Below, in pieces: positions 13,374 to 25,323 of a DNA stretch of 64,000 bases (position 1 is the stretch's first letter; the number at the start of each line of letters is the position of its first letter). Source of the DNA: Octopus sinensis (Eukaryota). Location: NCBI RefSeq assembly GCF_006345805.1, contig NC_043000.1, positions 31,930,001 through 31,994,000 of the forward strand. Reading direction: 5' to 3'. Below the pieces are notes generated by a model that searched no databases, was not told where the DNA came from, and saw only the letters and a list, made by a program, of their open reading frames with translations. The translations under genes and the position numbers were made by a program.

Positions 13374-13788
13374 GGCGGCGAGCTGGCAGAAACGTTAGCA
13401 CTCCGGGCGAAATGCGTAGCCGTATTTCGTCTGCCGTTACATTCTGGGTTCAAATTCCACCGAGGCCGACTTTGCTTTTCATCCTTTCGGGGTCGATAAA
13501 TTAAGCACCAGTTATGCACTGGGGTCGATGTAATCGACTTAATCCGTTTGTCTGTCCTTGTTTGTCCCCTCTATGTTTAGCCCCTTTGTGTGCAGTAAAG
13601 AAATAGGCATTTCGTCTGCCGCTACGTTCTGAGTTCAAATTCCACCGATGTCGACTTTGCATTTCATCCGTTTGGGGTCGATAAATTAAGCACCAGTTAC
13701 GCACTGGGGTCGATGTAATCGACTGAATCTGTTTGCCTGTCCTTGTTTGTCCCCTACGTGTTTAGCCCCTTGTGGGTAGTAAAGAAAT
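13374..13788 (+). mobile_element. SINE family A, tandem dimer with 20-bp TSD
   Basis: ggcggcgagctggcagaa head and gagttcaaattcc B box. The second unit lacks the head. TSD atatatttcaatatatttaa at 13354-13373 and 13789-13808. Confidence 0.92.
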
Positions 13789-14356
13789 ATATATTTCAAT
13801 ATATTTAAGTGTACATATGTATGAGTGCATATATGTGTACAAGTGTGTGCACATGTATGCATGTATGTGTGCGCAAGTTTGCACGTGCGTGTACATTTGT
13901 ATGTACGCATATACGTGTGCATGTGCGCGTGTGTGCATGCATGTGTTTAACCTAATCAATATTATTTCTAATTGATTGATAAAAAAGAGAAAACTACCGA
14001 CTCCCAATGCTCTGAGAGACTCGCAAATGCTGAGCACAACAGTCCAGTTTTCTGAGAGCCATGATCTGTTTCATTATACTTAAAACACTTAACAGTAATA
14101 AATGTACAACTGGGATTTCTGCAGCCTACTTAAAGAAGAAGGCGAACCACACACGGTTGATTATTTAATCATTTTGTTTCAATTACAAGACGCAATATGG
14201 TCGTCGGTTGTATTAAGACCTGGCTTTTTTTGAAAGATAGAAAATATGACTAAATATTTATAGTAGTTAAAGTAGTTTTAACGGAATATATGGAGCATTA
14301 AAGAGCTCTCAAGGATCAATTGTGTGTGCGTGTGTGTGTGTACATATATACCTATA

Positions 14357-14588
14357 TATTTCTTTACTGCCCACTAGGGGCTAAGCATAGAGGGGAGAAA
14401 CAAGGACAGACAAAGGGATTAAGTCGATTACATCGACCCCAGTGCGAAACTGGTACTTTATTTATCGACCCCGAAAGGATGAAAGCAAAGTCGACCTCGG
14501 CGGAATTTGAACTCAGAGTGTAACGACAGACGAAATACCGCTAAGCATTTCGCCCGGCGCGCTAATGTTTCTGCCAGCTCGCCGCCTT
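14357..14588 (-). mobile_element. SINE family A monomer
   Basis: Reverse complement of the 13374 first unit. Confidence 0.9.
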
Positions 14589-14632
14589 TACATATATACA
14601 TATAAGTATACAGAAACACCCACGCATGCACG

Positions 14633-14671
<39 letters not shown>

Positions 14672-14797
14672 ATATGTGTGTATATATATATATATTATAT
14701 ATATATATATATATAAATAATAAATATTAGGGAATAAATCCAAATTTACAGGGAAAAAATCAGATTTAGGATTAAATCCAATTTTATAGTAAAATAT

Positions 14798-14947
14798 TAT
14801 AAAATATTATTAGAGACAAAACCACTATTTTGCAAAACAAACAAGGAAAGACTTAATCAATACATAAAATTTTAATTTTATGTATTGATTAAGTCTTTCC
14901 TTGTTTGTTTTGCAAAATAGTGGTTTTGTCTCTAATAATATTTTATA
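14798..14947. repeat. Perfect palindrome, ~74-bp arms, 2-nt loop
   Basis: tataaaatattattagagac...acataaaatt TT aattttatgt...gtctctaataatattttata. Confidence 0.95.
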
Positions 14948-14959
14948 TATATATATATA

Positions 14960-15655
14960 TATACAATAATATGTTACATTACTCGGTAGTCAAGATAAAA
15001 CTCTGAGTTTCAGATGCCGAAGTGGAAATCCACAACACCATCTCTTCGGTTATCTGGCTATTTGAAAACGCTATGAAAAAATACCGTTAAATAAAGGGAA
15101 ATTACCGTGTTATAACTCTGCTTGCCTGCGTACTCACACATCGCTCGCACTTTTCGTCACAAAAATTATATAAAAATACATAAAAAATATATAAAAATAT
15201 ATAAAAATATATAAATTCTTCTTGGGACATAACATAGAAAGCATGTTCAATCTGTTTTCTTTAGGGGACCAAAGTGTGGTTATTGAACCTGGCCTTGAAA
15301 TTACCCTCTGTAAGGCCCACGTATTTCTTCGTCGAAACGGTGTCTTTAGTGGTTATAGAGTTTACACTTACAGAGGGTAATTTCAAGGCCAGGTTCAATA
15401 ACCACACTTTGAGCTTTAGGCACTGGAACAAAAGAAAAGCGACACAATTATCTAATCATATTTGCCCACATGTGACTAAATTTCTGTTACGTTTTTGGTC
15501 CCCCAAAGGAAACAGATTGATCATGCTTTCTATGTTATGTCCCAAGAAGAATTTATATATTTTTATATATTTTTATATATTTTTCATGTATTCGGCATCT
15601 GAAACTCAGAGTTTTATCTTGACTGCCGAGTAATGTAACATATTATTGTATAGAT
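14960..15655. mobile_element. Penelope-like element end with an inverted pseudo-LTR copy
   Basis: Plus frame TEGNFKARFNNHTLSFRHWNKRKATQLSNHI (GIY-YIG C-terminal motif). Segments of 14960-15315 are inverted copies of 15367-15655. Confidence 0.8.
14993..15055 (-). ncRNA. Hammerhead ribozyme-like motif, CCGAAGA core
   Basis: AGATAA CCGAAGA GATG..CATC T GAAA CT cag AG TT TTATCT. Stem I has 6 bp. Confidence 0.65.
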
Positions 15656-15674
15656 AAATTACCTCTATTTACAT

Positions 15675-16020
15675 AATGTGTTGAGAGGGATTCTTTGGGG
15701 TTTTAAAAATTTACCTCTGGAAATATGGATGTTTCGTTCAACATCCTTAAACAATCCTTATTCAGGGACCTTTTGAGCAGGATGGGCTACTCGACCAGAA
15801 GAAAATTCTAAGTGGGCCCTACCTGAAAGGTCATGCGCTGTTTATCTTGATATGAGATCACCATGTCGCGCACATATAGTTGTGATGCATGTGCCTGGTG
15901 TACCCTTATCAGACGGGTAGTCATGATGGGTATACTGGGCTTCGTATATTTTACCCCAGTGTCACTTTGATGGCATGCACTGCTCTCTCACTCAATAATA
16001 ATAATAATAATAATAATAAT
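15675..16020 (+). mobile_element. Non-coding (TAA)n-targeted element E, 5'-truncated copy
   Basis: Reverse complement of 46573-46900; ends ctctctcactc + (aat)n. Confidence 0.85.
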
Positions 16021-16235
16021 TTCTACTAAAGGCACTAGGCCTGAAATTTGGGGAGGGGTGACTGATTGATTACATCGACCCCCAGTGTTTCACTGGTACT
16101 TGTTTCATTGACTCCGAAAGGATGAAAGGCAAAGTCGAACTCAGCGGAATTTGAACTCCGAACATGAAGACCGACGAAATCACACTAAGCGTTTCGCCCG
16201 GCGTGCTAACGATTCTGTCAACTCACTAACTTAAG
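16021..16235 (-). mobile_element. SINE family A-related copy with (ATT)n tail
   Basis: Reverse-complement family A core with an alternative tail ending in att repeats. Confidence 0.75.
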
Positions 16236-16550
16236 AATAAAAATGATAATAATAATCAGCTTAAAGTTTTTAACCATGTACTGGATAAAGTAAATAATCC
16301 AATATTAGGAGATCTTGGACCTTGACTGGAAAAAAAGTAGGTTTTTTTTTTATTGCGCACGGAAATTGAACCCACATCTCTTAATTTTGTGATAAGTGTG
16401 CTAACAGATTACACCATACTATCCTATCATAGCAATGTTTTTTTGTGTGAGCGTGTTATTTTGAAAAAACAAACAAACGCGTGTTTTCTACGTTAAATGG
16501 AAAAGCGGTGACGAGTGACAATTTAGTAAATAATAATTTTAGCTTAAAAA

Positions 16551-17332
16551 GGCGGCGAGCTGGCAGAAACGTTAGCACGCCGGGCGAAATGCGTAGCCGT
16601 ATTTCGTCTGCCGTTACGTTCTGAGTTCAAATTCCGCCGAGGTCGACTTTGCCTTTCATCCTTTCGGTGTCGATTAAATAAGTACCAGTTCCGCATTGGG
16701 GTCGATGTAATCGACTTAATCCGTTTGTCTGTCCTTGTTTGTCCTCAATGTGTTTAGCCCCATGTGGGTAGTAAAGAAATAGGTATTTCGTCAGCCACTA
16801 CATTCTGAGTTCAAATTCCGCGGAGGTCGACTTTGCCTTTCATCCTTTCGGTGTCGATTAAATAAGTACCAGTTCCGCATTGGGGTCGATGTAATCGACT
16901 TAATCCGTTTGTCTGTCCTTGTTTGTCCTCAATGTGTTTAGCCCCATGTGGGTAGTAAAGAAATAGGTATTTCGTCTGCCACTACGTTCTGAGCTCAAAT
17001 TCCGCCGAGGTCGACTTTGCCTTTCATCCTTTCGGGGTCGGTTAAATAAGTACCAGTTCCGCACTAGGGTCGATCTAATCGACTTAATCCGTTTGTCTGT
17101 CCTTGTTTGTCCTCAATGTGTTTAGCCCCATGTGGGTAGTAAAGAAATAGGTATTTCGTCTGCCACTACGTTCTGAGCTCAAATTCCGCCGAGGTCGACT
17201 TTGCATTTCATCCTTTCGGTGTCGATTAAATAAGTGCCAGTTCCGCATTGGGGTCGATGTAATCGACTTAATCCGTTTGTCTGTCCTTGTTTGTCCTCTC
17301 TGTGTTTAGCCCCTTGTGGGCAGTAAAGAAAT
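16551..17332 (+). mobile_element. SINE family A tetramer (184-bp period) with 18-bp TSD
   Basis: One headed unit plus three headless units, junctions at about 16776, 16960 and 17144. TSD aataattttagcttaaaa at 16532-16549 and 17336-17353. Confidence 0.93.
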
Positions 17333-17681
17333 TAAAATAATTTTAGCTTAAAACTTTTCAGCGATCATCATGAATTAGTCTAACAAGCACACGACGAAAA
17401 AAAAAGTGGTATTTTAGTATGCATGGGAATCAAACTCACACCTCTTATATTTGCAAAATTGTAACTCTTAAATCTAACGGAAAGAAGTGAGTGGGGAGAC
17501 TGGTGTAGTCGATGAACACGTTTATCACGAATATAAGAGGTATGGCTTCGATTCCCATGCGTAGTAAAAACTCGCTTTTTTCCGTTGAAAGCTTATTTGT
17601 CACAATATCACACTATTTTCTTTGGTCGATATACACCGATCGCTCATAAGGTTTAAGCTTATAAATATTATTATTAACAGA

Positions 17682-17709
<28 letters not shown>

Positions 17710-17712
<3 letters not shown>

Positions 17713-17921
17713 GTGTATTTGTGTGTGTTTGTCCCCCTAGCATTGCTTGACAACCGATGCTGGTGTGTTTACGTCCCCGTCACTTAGCGGTTCGGCAAAA
17801 GGGACCGATAGAATAAGTACTGGGCTTACCAAGAATAAGTCCCGGGGTCGATTTGCTCGACTAAAGGCGGTGCTCCAGCATGGCCGCAGTCAAATGACTG
17901 AACAAGTAACAGAGTAACAGA

Positions 17922-17925
<4 letters not shown>
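17710..17925 (+). mobile_element. SINE B/C tail portion
   Basis: Nearly identical to the reverse complement of 2120-2330. Confidence 0.85.
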
Positions 17926-17990
<65 letters not shown>

Positions 17991-18093
17991 GGAGTAAGCA
18001 CATAAATGCGAAACAAGGTGGGAAAAAGAGTACTCAAATACCAGAGGTAGAGTAATATGCTTTATTTAAAAGCAGCAGAAATATAACAAAAGC

Positions 18094-18124
18094 TGTTACT
18101 CGGAGTTTCACGTTCCAGTTCGTC

Positions 18125-18129
<5 letters not shown>
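18094..18129 (-). ncRNA. Hammerhead ribozyme-like motif, CCGACGA core, in a (TA)n-flanked pLTR fragment (17990-18130)
   Basis: TGT CCGACGA AC tggaac GT GAAA CT ccg AG TA ACA. Confidence 0.6.
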
Positions 18130-18202
<73 letters not shown>

Positions 18203-19837
18203 GTATGTATAACACATACATACACATTTATATATACACACATATGTATGTGTGTAGGGGTTTGAAAAATAATGGAAGCGCTTTGTTAAATTAAAATTAT
18301 ATGATTTAAGTTGGTGTTGATTCACCTTTCACATCGGTCACAGCTTTAATATATCGAGGAATTGACTCATACTGAACAGTTCTTAGAAGAATTTTGAGTC
18401 ATTCTTCGAGTAAAACCATTTTTAGTTCTTTCAGGGGTGAGAGCCGAGGGAAACAGCTCCTCGCTATTGCAAACTACACCATAAATGTTCATCATGCTAG
18501 ATAGAGTAGCCAAATCTCCCTCAAATAACACCGTCTTAAGAGCAGTAGGTTGCAAGAGATAATATAGTTATAGATAGACTTTCGTGAAAACTATATTTGG
18601 GTGGTGACGGTTGCCATGCCTTCGATTAATCACGGTTGACCTGGGGTTAAACAACAATGATTCATACATCACATGACACGAAATTATGTAGATGTTGCTC
18701 GTGATAAGTGAAAAACAAGCCTAAAGACCCAGTTTTCGGTGATACGATTATGCTACCTATCAATCATTTATCTTCAGTCACTTGATTTGCATTCAAATAT
18801 AACTGGAACATCTTTGGTTAATGATTAATGATATATGGCTTGTGGTTATTAATGATTGTTAAATCTTTTGATGAACATTCAACAAATTTTCCGGACAAAT
18901 CGGAAACAATTAAAATACGCGCGCGCGCGCACCCAACACATTCTACCACAGACACAAGCTAGATCACAAAGGAGCTTGTATGTGGCCCATTGGTCTGCTA
19001 GAGATAGCAACCAAATCACCCACAAAATACTCCCTGCTCTTTCAATAAAACGAAGACGTTGTCTAGTGTGTTGGTTGGGATGTATTTTATATGAATAAAA
19101 AGACAGGATGGTCTTGGCTGGAACGCCTTTAATTATATGTCTGCTTGGCCACAACCAACTTGGTGTTAAATAATAATAACAACAACAGACACAGAGACAC
19201 ACGTACACATACGCACACACAAATACACAGTCACACACGCACATACGCACACACACACAAACACACACACACATCCACCATACATTTACCCTGAAGGAGA
19301 ACAAAAGAAACAAAAGGTAATTCATTAATTATATTTTGGTTCATTAACAACGTAATTTCATCTGTCGAAAATGGCGTACTAATTTTACTTTTGTTCTTCT
19401 CCACAAACTGCTTAATTTGCATGTTGATTAGCCCATTTGTTCTGTGCTAGTTACTTAATTTGCATAGATGTTCGCCTTTTTGTTTTATTATTCTGAATAA
19501 ATGTCTAACTATCGATCGTGATTGCCATTTTTGGATCGAATTAGAAATCAATTCCCATTTAGACCTGTTCCGATGTAAATGTTATCTCCACCACACCGCA
19601 TTGGTATGTCTTCTGCGCAGTTACCGCATGACCCACTAAAAGAAAGAGCCAAATTCTTCCTCAAAATCCAACCCTACCATCTAAAATAAAAGGACACAGT
19701 CATTTATAACTTACATATTACCCAAAAAATGGTGTGTCATGATAGGAATACCTTTGATCATAGGTTTCACTGAGATCTGAATTGCCCTAGAATTAAACGA
19801 CGACATTGGCTTACAGACACTGTGGTTGTTGTTGATA

Positions 19838-19892
<55 letters not shown>

Positions 19893-20256
19893 TGTGCGTG
19901 TGTGTGTGTGTTGCTGTAATAATAAAATCAAACCAAATAGTAGTATTTTGAAATCTTTTAATACGTACGTTTCAGGTTTTACTTAAAATATAATAGGAAA
20001 TGCATTCATTACGTAAACCTTCCTCAGTTATAACATTCCATATATATATATATATATCAAATGTGCGTTTTGTGAAGAAAATTATATGGTTAATGGACAA
20101 TATGTCCAATTTTTCGGCATATTTGGCATTAGAATTTTTTTCCTTTGTCCTCATTTATGAATTGTTTATAAATTTAACCGTTAAAGGTATTTTTTAATAT
20201 GCTGGCCATTGATAAGATTTTTTTCGAAAAGAATTTTATCCTCACATTTGATATAT

Positions 20257-20368
<112 letters not shown>

Positions 20369-20635
20369 TACATAAAATTATGTATGCAATCCTCACACAC
20401 ATACGTGCGCGTTTATACGCCTATATACACACACGCGCACACCCATAAGGCGGTCTATTGGCTGAATCGGCAGGAGCTGAATGCTTTGGGTTATTCGTTC
20501 CGGTTCTCTGGGATCTGAATTCAAATAACACCGAGGTCAACTTTGCCTTTAATTATTTTGGGATCGATAAATCGAAATCGATAAAGTACTTATTCTGTAG
20601 TAGGGGCGATCTTTATTTTTGATGTCTATCTGGTC

Positions 20636-20639
<4 letters not shown>

Positions 20640-20707
<68 letters not shown>

Positions 20708-21089
20708 GGGAGATCATCTGTCGTCAGAGCCAGAAAGGGGTGGCCTCCACCAAGTCAAATCAAACACAAAACATGCCGTCTGTATGTTATGCCTATACCC
20801 CTATGACTCCGTTGGGAGTTCAGAGCCCAAGGCAAAGAAAAACACGCACACACACACACACACACGCACGCACGCACACTCACACACACTCACATACGCA
20901 CACACACACATACACTCACACACACTCACACACTCACACACACACACTCACTCACACTCACACACACTCACACAACACACACACACTCACTCACACTCAC
21001 AAACACTCACACACGCACACTCACTCACACACACACACACACACTCACTCACTCACACTCACCCACACTCACACACACACACACTCTCG

Positions 21090-21120
<31 letters not shown>
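20640..21120. repeat. (CT)n plus complex (CA/CACT)n microsatellites
   Basis: Visible simple repeats. Confidence 0.95.
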
Positions 21121-21121
<1 letters not shown>

Positions 21122-21414
21122 GACGTAGACTTAGAAACACAAACCTACAAAATGTGTTACCGTAGTTTTCTCCTGGTCTACTGACCCTACAGTGAGCACT
21201 CTTCTCTGATGTCCACTTTTGAGGCCTGAACCCAGCAATGGCCATTCTTGACCACATTCTCTTTCATACCAAAGAATGCCCACCACTTGATGTCTGGTTC
21301 CATTCACAGAAATGTCTAGGTTTCATGCCATTTCGTTCCACTAACGATACTTCATTTCCGTAACCGCGAACACACTAGACTCACCACCAAAACCACCACC
21401 CCAGCACCAACACC

Positions 21415-21480
21415 AAGGAGGCGCAATGGCCCAGTGGTTAGGGCAGCGGATTTGCGGTCGGAGGATCGCGGTTTCTCTAA
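21415..21480 (+). mobile_element. SINE family D tRNA-like head only
   Basis: ggaggcgcaatggcccagtggttagggcagcgga..gcggtttc, as at 27759. Confidence 0.8.
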
Positions 21481-21574
21481 TTCAGTCACTCTTCCTTCTC
21501 TCTCTCTCTATTTCTTATACGAATTCTTACACTCTTTTCCTATGCATCCACTTTCTCATTTTCATCTCTCTCTC

Positions 21575-21623
<49 letters not shown>

Positions 21624-22467
21624 CTCTCTCTCTCTCTCTCTACTCTCTCTCTTCTCTCTCTTCTCTCTTCTCTCTCTCGTCTCTCTCTCTCTCTCTCTGC
21701 TCTCTTAATCTGTCTGTCTTTCTAGCCATCTACCAATCTATCTAGCTTGCTATTTACACGAGCTTTTATTTAATATATATTTCTTCCGTACACTCTCTCC
21801 TCTCTCTCCCCCCTCTCTCTCTCTCTCTCTCTCTTGCAATTTCTCTTTCCCCTCTCTCTCATACAAATTCTTTCCCTTCCTCCCTCCCTCCCTCTCTCTC
21901 TCTCTCTCGCTCTCTCCGTCCGTATTTCCTTTCCTTTTCCCCCACCCCTTCCCTTTCATCTCTCTTCGCCTCCCCCCTCTATATTATTTCTCCTCCACCT
22001 TCTCCCTCTCACGCCTTCACCCTCCTAACATCTATTCAATTTCATGATGGCCGACATTCAACGCTGTTCACTTCTATCATAAAGTCCCCTGATATTCCAC
22101 ATCTTTCTTCAAGCTGCCTCTTCTATTATTTATGTTCTGCAACTGACCGTTTGCTCGGCATATTCCTTTCCTCTGGGATCAGCTTTCAATTGGCCAAAAT
22201 CGGCAACATATCATCTACTAGACGTATTTTCCTAGTTTCCTTTTTGCTCTCTATTACAATGCATGCATACACATATACATACATACTTACACAAATACTT
22301 ACACAAATACACACAACTATTCACAGACACGCACGCAAATACACATGCATGGATAATATATTTTTATTCTTATATATAAAATATACTCTAAAATATAAAT
22401 ATATACATCTATGCATATGCGCGTTATATGTAAAGCCAATGTATGCCTGTATATGAGTATGTCCGTG

Positions 22468-22526
<59 letters not shown>

Positions 22527-22531
22527 AGATA

Positions 22532-22571
<40 letters not shown>

Positions 22572-23799
22572 TAGATATACATATATATTATATATATATA
22601 TAATATATATATTATGTGTGTGTGTGGTGTGTGTGTGGGTGGTGGGTGTGTGTGGTGTGTGTGGTATATGTACGAATTTATATATATAATAGTTACGGAA
22701 AGATACATATGTATACATATTACACAAGTATATATAGCTTTATATGCACACACACATACGCACATGTGTGTGTATTGAAAGAAGAACGTCAGCAGTACAA
22801 TTATATTTCAATTTATATCATTGATCTTTCATAATAAATCATATAAAGTTAAAAGAGATATTTCGGGATTAAAATGCCCTTTCATAGTTTAAAAGAATAA
22901 CAATGTAAAATTAATCATAACGAAATCTCTGGTGTCCTCACAATGACTTTCTGTTGCTAAATATATTTCTTAGCTATTGCTTTCTCTCTCTTTAACAAAT
23001 GATATCATCCTTGAGCGAACAGGAAAGAAAATATCAAAAACATTTCCTACCACCATTTCACATCATGGCGTCTTCGAGACCCAGGCGAACTCATTACACT
23101 GCACCAAAGAAGATGTCGTTTGCTAATAGTAATCATCTCATGCCAATCAGTTTGGAAATTTCTTCCACAGAAATTGTTGTAAGAGATTGGGAAGTAAATG
23201 ACTGGGAAACATTTGTAGCAGCAAAATGAGATTCTAAAATCATTAAAGCTTTTGTTGTGATTGAGTTTTCTGTTTGTTATTTGCGAGTATTCGTATAAAC
23301 TATGAGAAGGGCATTTTTATGCCGAAATATTGTTTTAATTGTATACAGCTTGTTACGATAGATCAGTAATATAAATTATACGTAAAATAAATCTGACATC
23401 CTCATTTCATTCAGGCATTTTTAACTATGTTCCTATGACGTCCATGAAATATATAAAAATACATGTTTTACAATATTGTAACCATACACACGCACACCCA
23501 CTCATTCAAACATATATGTTTATGAATTTGGAAACAAACCAGAAGGCCATAAATTACGGAGAAGAGCGACACACAAGTCCTTTTCAAAAATGACTGTAAC
23601 TATATTATATTTATATAATAATAATATATGTTCCATTTAAAAGCGACTAAACCTTAACAATTGACTGAAAAAAGACGGGCTGAACCACGGGAACTGAACA
23701 CGACCTCAATGCTGACATGAATCCGTACGCACCCAATTCAGTCACATAATCCACCTATCAATTTCAGTCAACTTTAATGTATAGACAAGTGATTGGTCT

Positions 23800-24400
23800 A
23801 TAGTTGCAAACTGTATTACCCTTGCCCTTATCTTTCATAACGAGTATTGTCTTCCCTCAAGTCATCCAATCTGGTATTATTCCTCCATTAAGGCAATCCT
23901 GAAGTTGTTCCCTAAGCCTCCCATGTAAACTACTGAATCCCTTTAGCCAGTAACCTTGAACTAAATTTGGTCCTGGGCCCTTCCAATTCGGCATCTTTCC
24001 TAACACCTCACACATTAATACATTAGCTAACCTTAGATCTGGCTGCTTCTTACTCATTACTTTTTCCGTCACTTTCTTTAACCATAATGCATCTCCATTA
24101 TGATTGACTGGTTTATCCCAAATATTACTCCAGAACTTTCTAGATTCCTCACCATTAGGTTTCTCATATTCAGTACTTTGTTCTCCGCTATTCATTTGGT
24201 TATAAAATCTCCTCTTGTCTATCTCAAATAATCTATTCTATAGATGCTGATCTATTCTTTTCTGATATCTGGAGAACTTGTCTTCTACTGCTATGATATG
24301 CTGTTTTACTTTACTATCACTTTCCTAAATCCTTTCTTTTTGACTGAATATGTTTTCTCGAGGGAAGATTTGCATCTTGTGTTTCCTAACTTGTTCAGTT
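23800..24400 (-). mobile_element. Dong-type LINE internal fragment
   Basis: ORF 23857-24195: SRKFWSNIW..MPNWKGPGPNLVQGYWLK..PDWMT. Confidence 0.8.
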
Positions 24401-24430
24401 TTCTGTATATATATATATACTACATATATA

Positions 24431-24722
24431 TTTATATATAAAACTGTAGTTGTGTGAGTGTCTGTCCCCTTCGATTTAGATTCGTAACTACACCCACATT
24501 TTGCGGAGCAGTTTAACCAAAAGCAGGTATCTTATAGTCATGATTCATATCGAGCCCTTCTGGGTATTAGCGCGCGTCTACGATTTAAAAAAAATTTACC
24601 ATCATTTTTCCGCATTTTTTATCCATTTTTCGCTCGGTTTTATATAAGGGAAGTAACTCTCTAAAAATGCTTATATAGTTATTTCCCTTACAAACCCGAG
24701 CAACGCCGGGCCATACTGCTAG
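24431..24722 (+). mobile_element. Non-autonomous Helitron
   Basis: 5' t(c/t)tatatataaaac; 3' GC hairpin cccgagcaacgccggg, short spacer, then CTAG followed by T. Confidence 0.7.
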
Positions 24723-24949
24723 TATATAGATAAAGAGACAGAGAGAGAGAGAGAGAAAGAGTGGTTTAAGCTGAAATCACATGATATATAACGAGTGTTT
24801 AGAACTTTACGTACCTCCTTTTACATCAAAGGAAAAAACTACGAAAGGAACTCGTATTATGGTTGAAGTTCCCGCTCTGTGATATACATTGTTAAAATGA
24901 CTACAGACTAATTACAGTCTGAATAATTTGTCGTTAGACTCTCCTGCTT

Positions 24950-25030
<81 letters not shown>

Positions 25031-25059
25031 AGAGTAAACAAGAGACACAGAGACAGGCA

Positions 25060-25246
25060 GAAACAAGGAAAATACCCCTTATGTTTGAATACTATGCAAA
25101 TATTCTTTTAAAATACTTTTCAGTGAATTTTTTCCAAATTTAATTGTTTTCAATACTTACAGTTGAAAAGGTCTCAGTGACCGAAACCGATACTGAAATG
25201 TTTTTTATAAAATTATTTTAGCATTTTCTACCTTGACTTTTTTGCC

Positions 25247-25250
<4 letters not shown>
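25060..25250 (+). mobile_element. pLTR-like repeat containing a UUGAAAA-core hammerhead motif (25160-25195)
   Basis: Homologous to 61975-62155; motif CAG TTGAAAA GGTC tcagt GACC GAAAC cg ATA CTG. Confidence 0.6.

Positions 25251-25318
<68 letters not shown>

Positions 25319-25323
<5 letters not shown>

Noticed and set aside
16551-17332. CRISPR-like or satellite array
   Set aside because: The units are near-identical 184-bp SINE bodies with no unique spacers, in a eukaryotic context with no cas genes.
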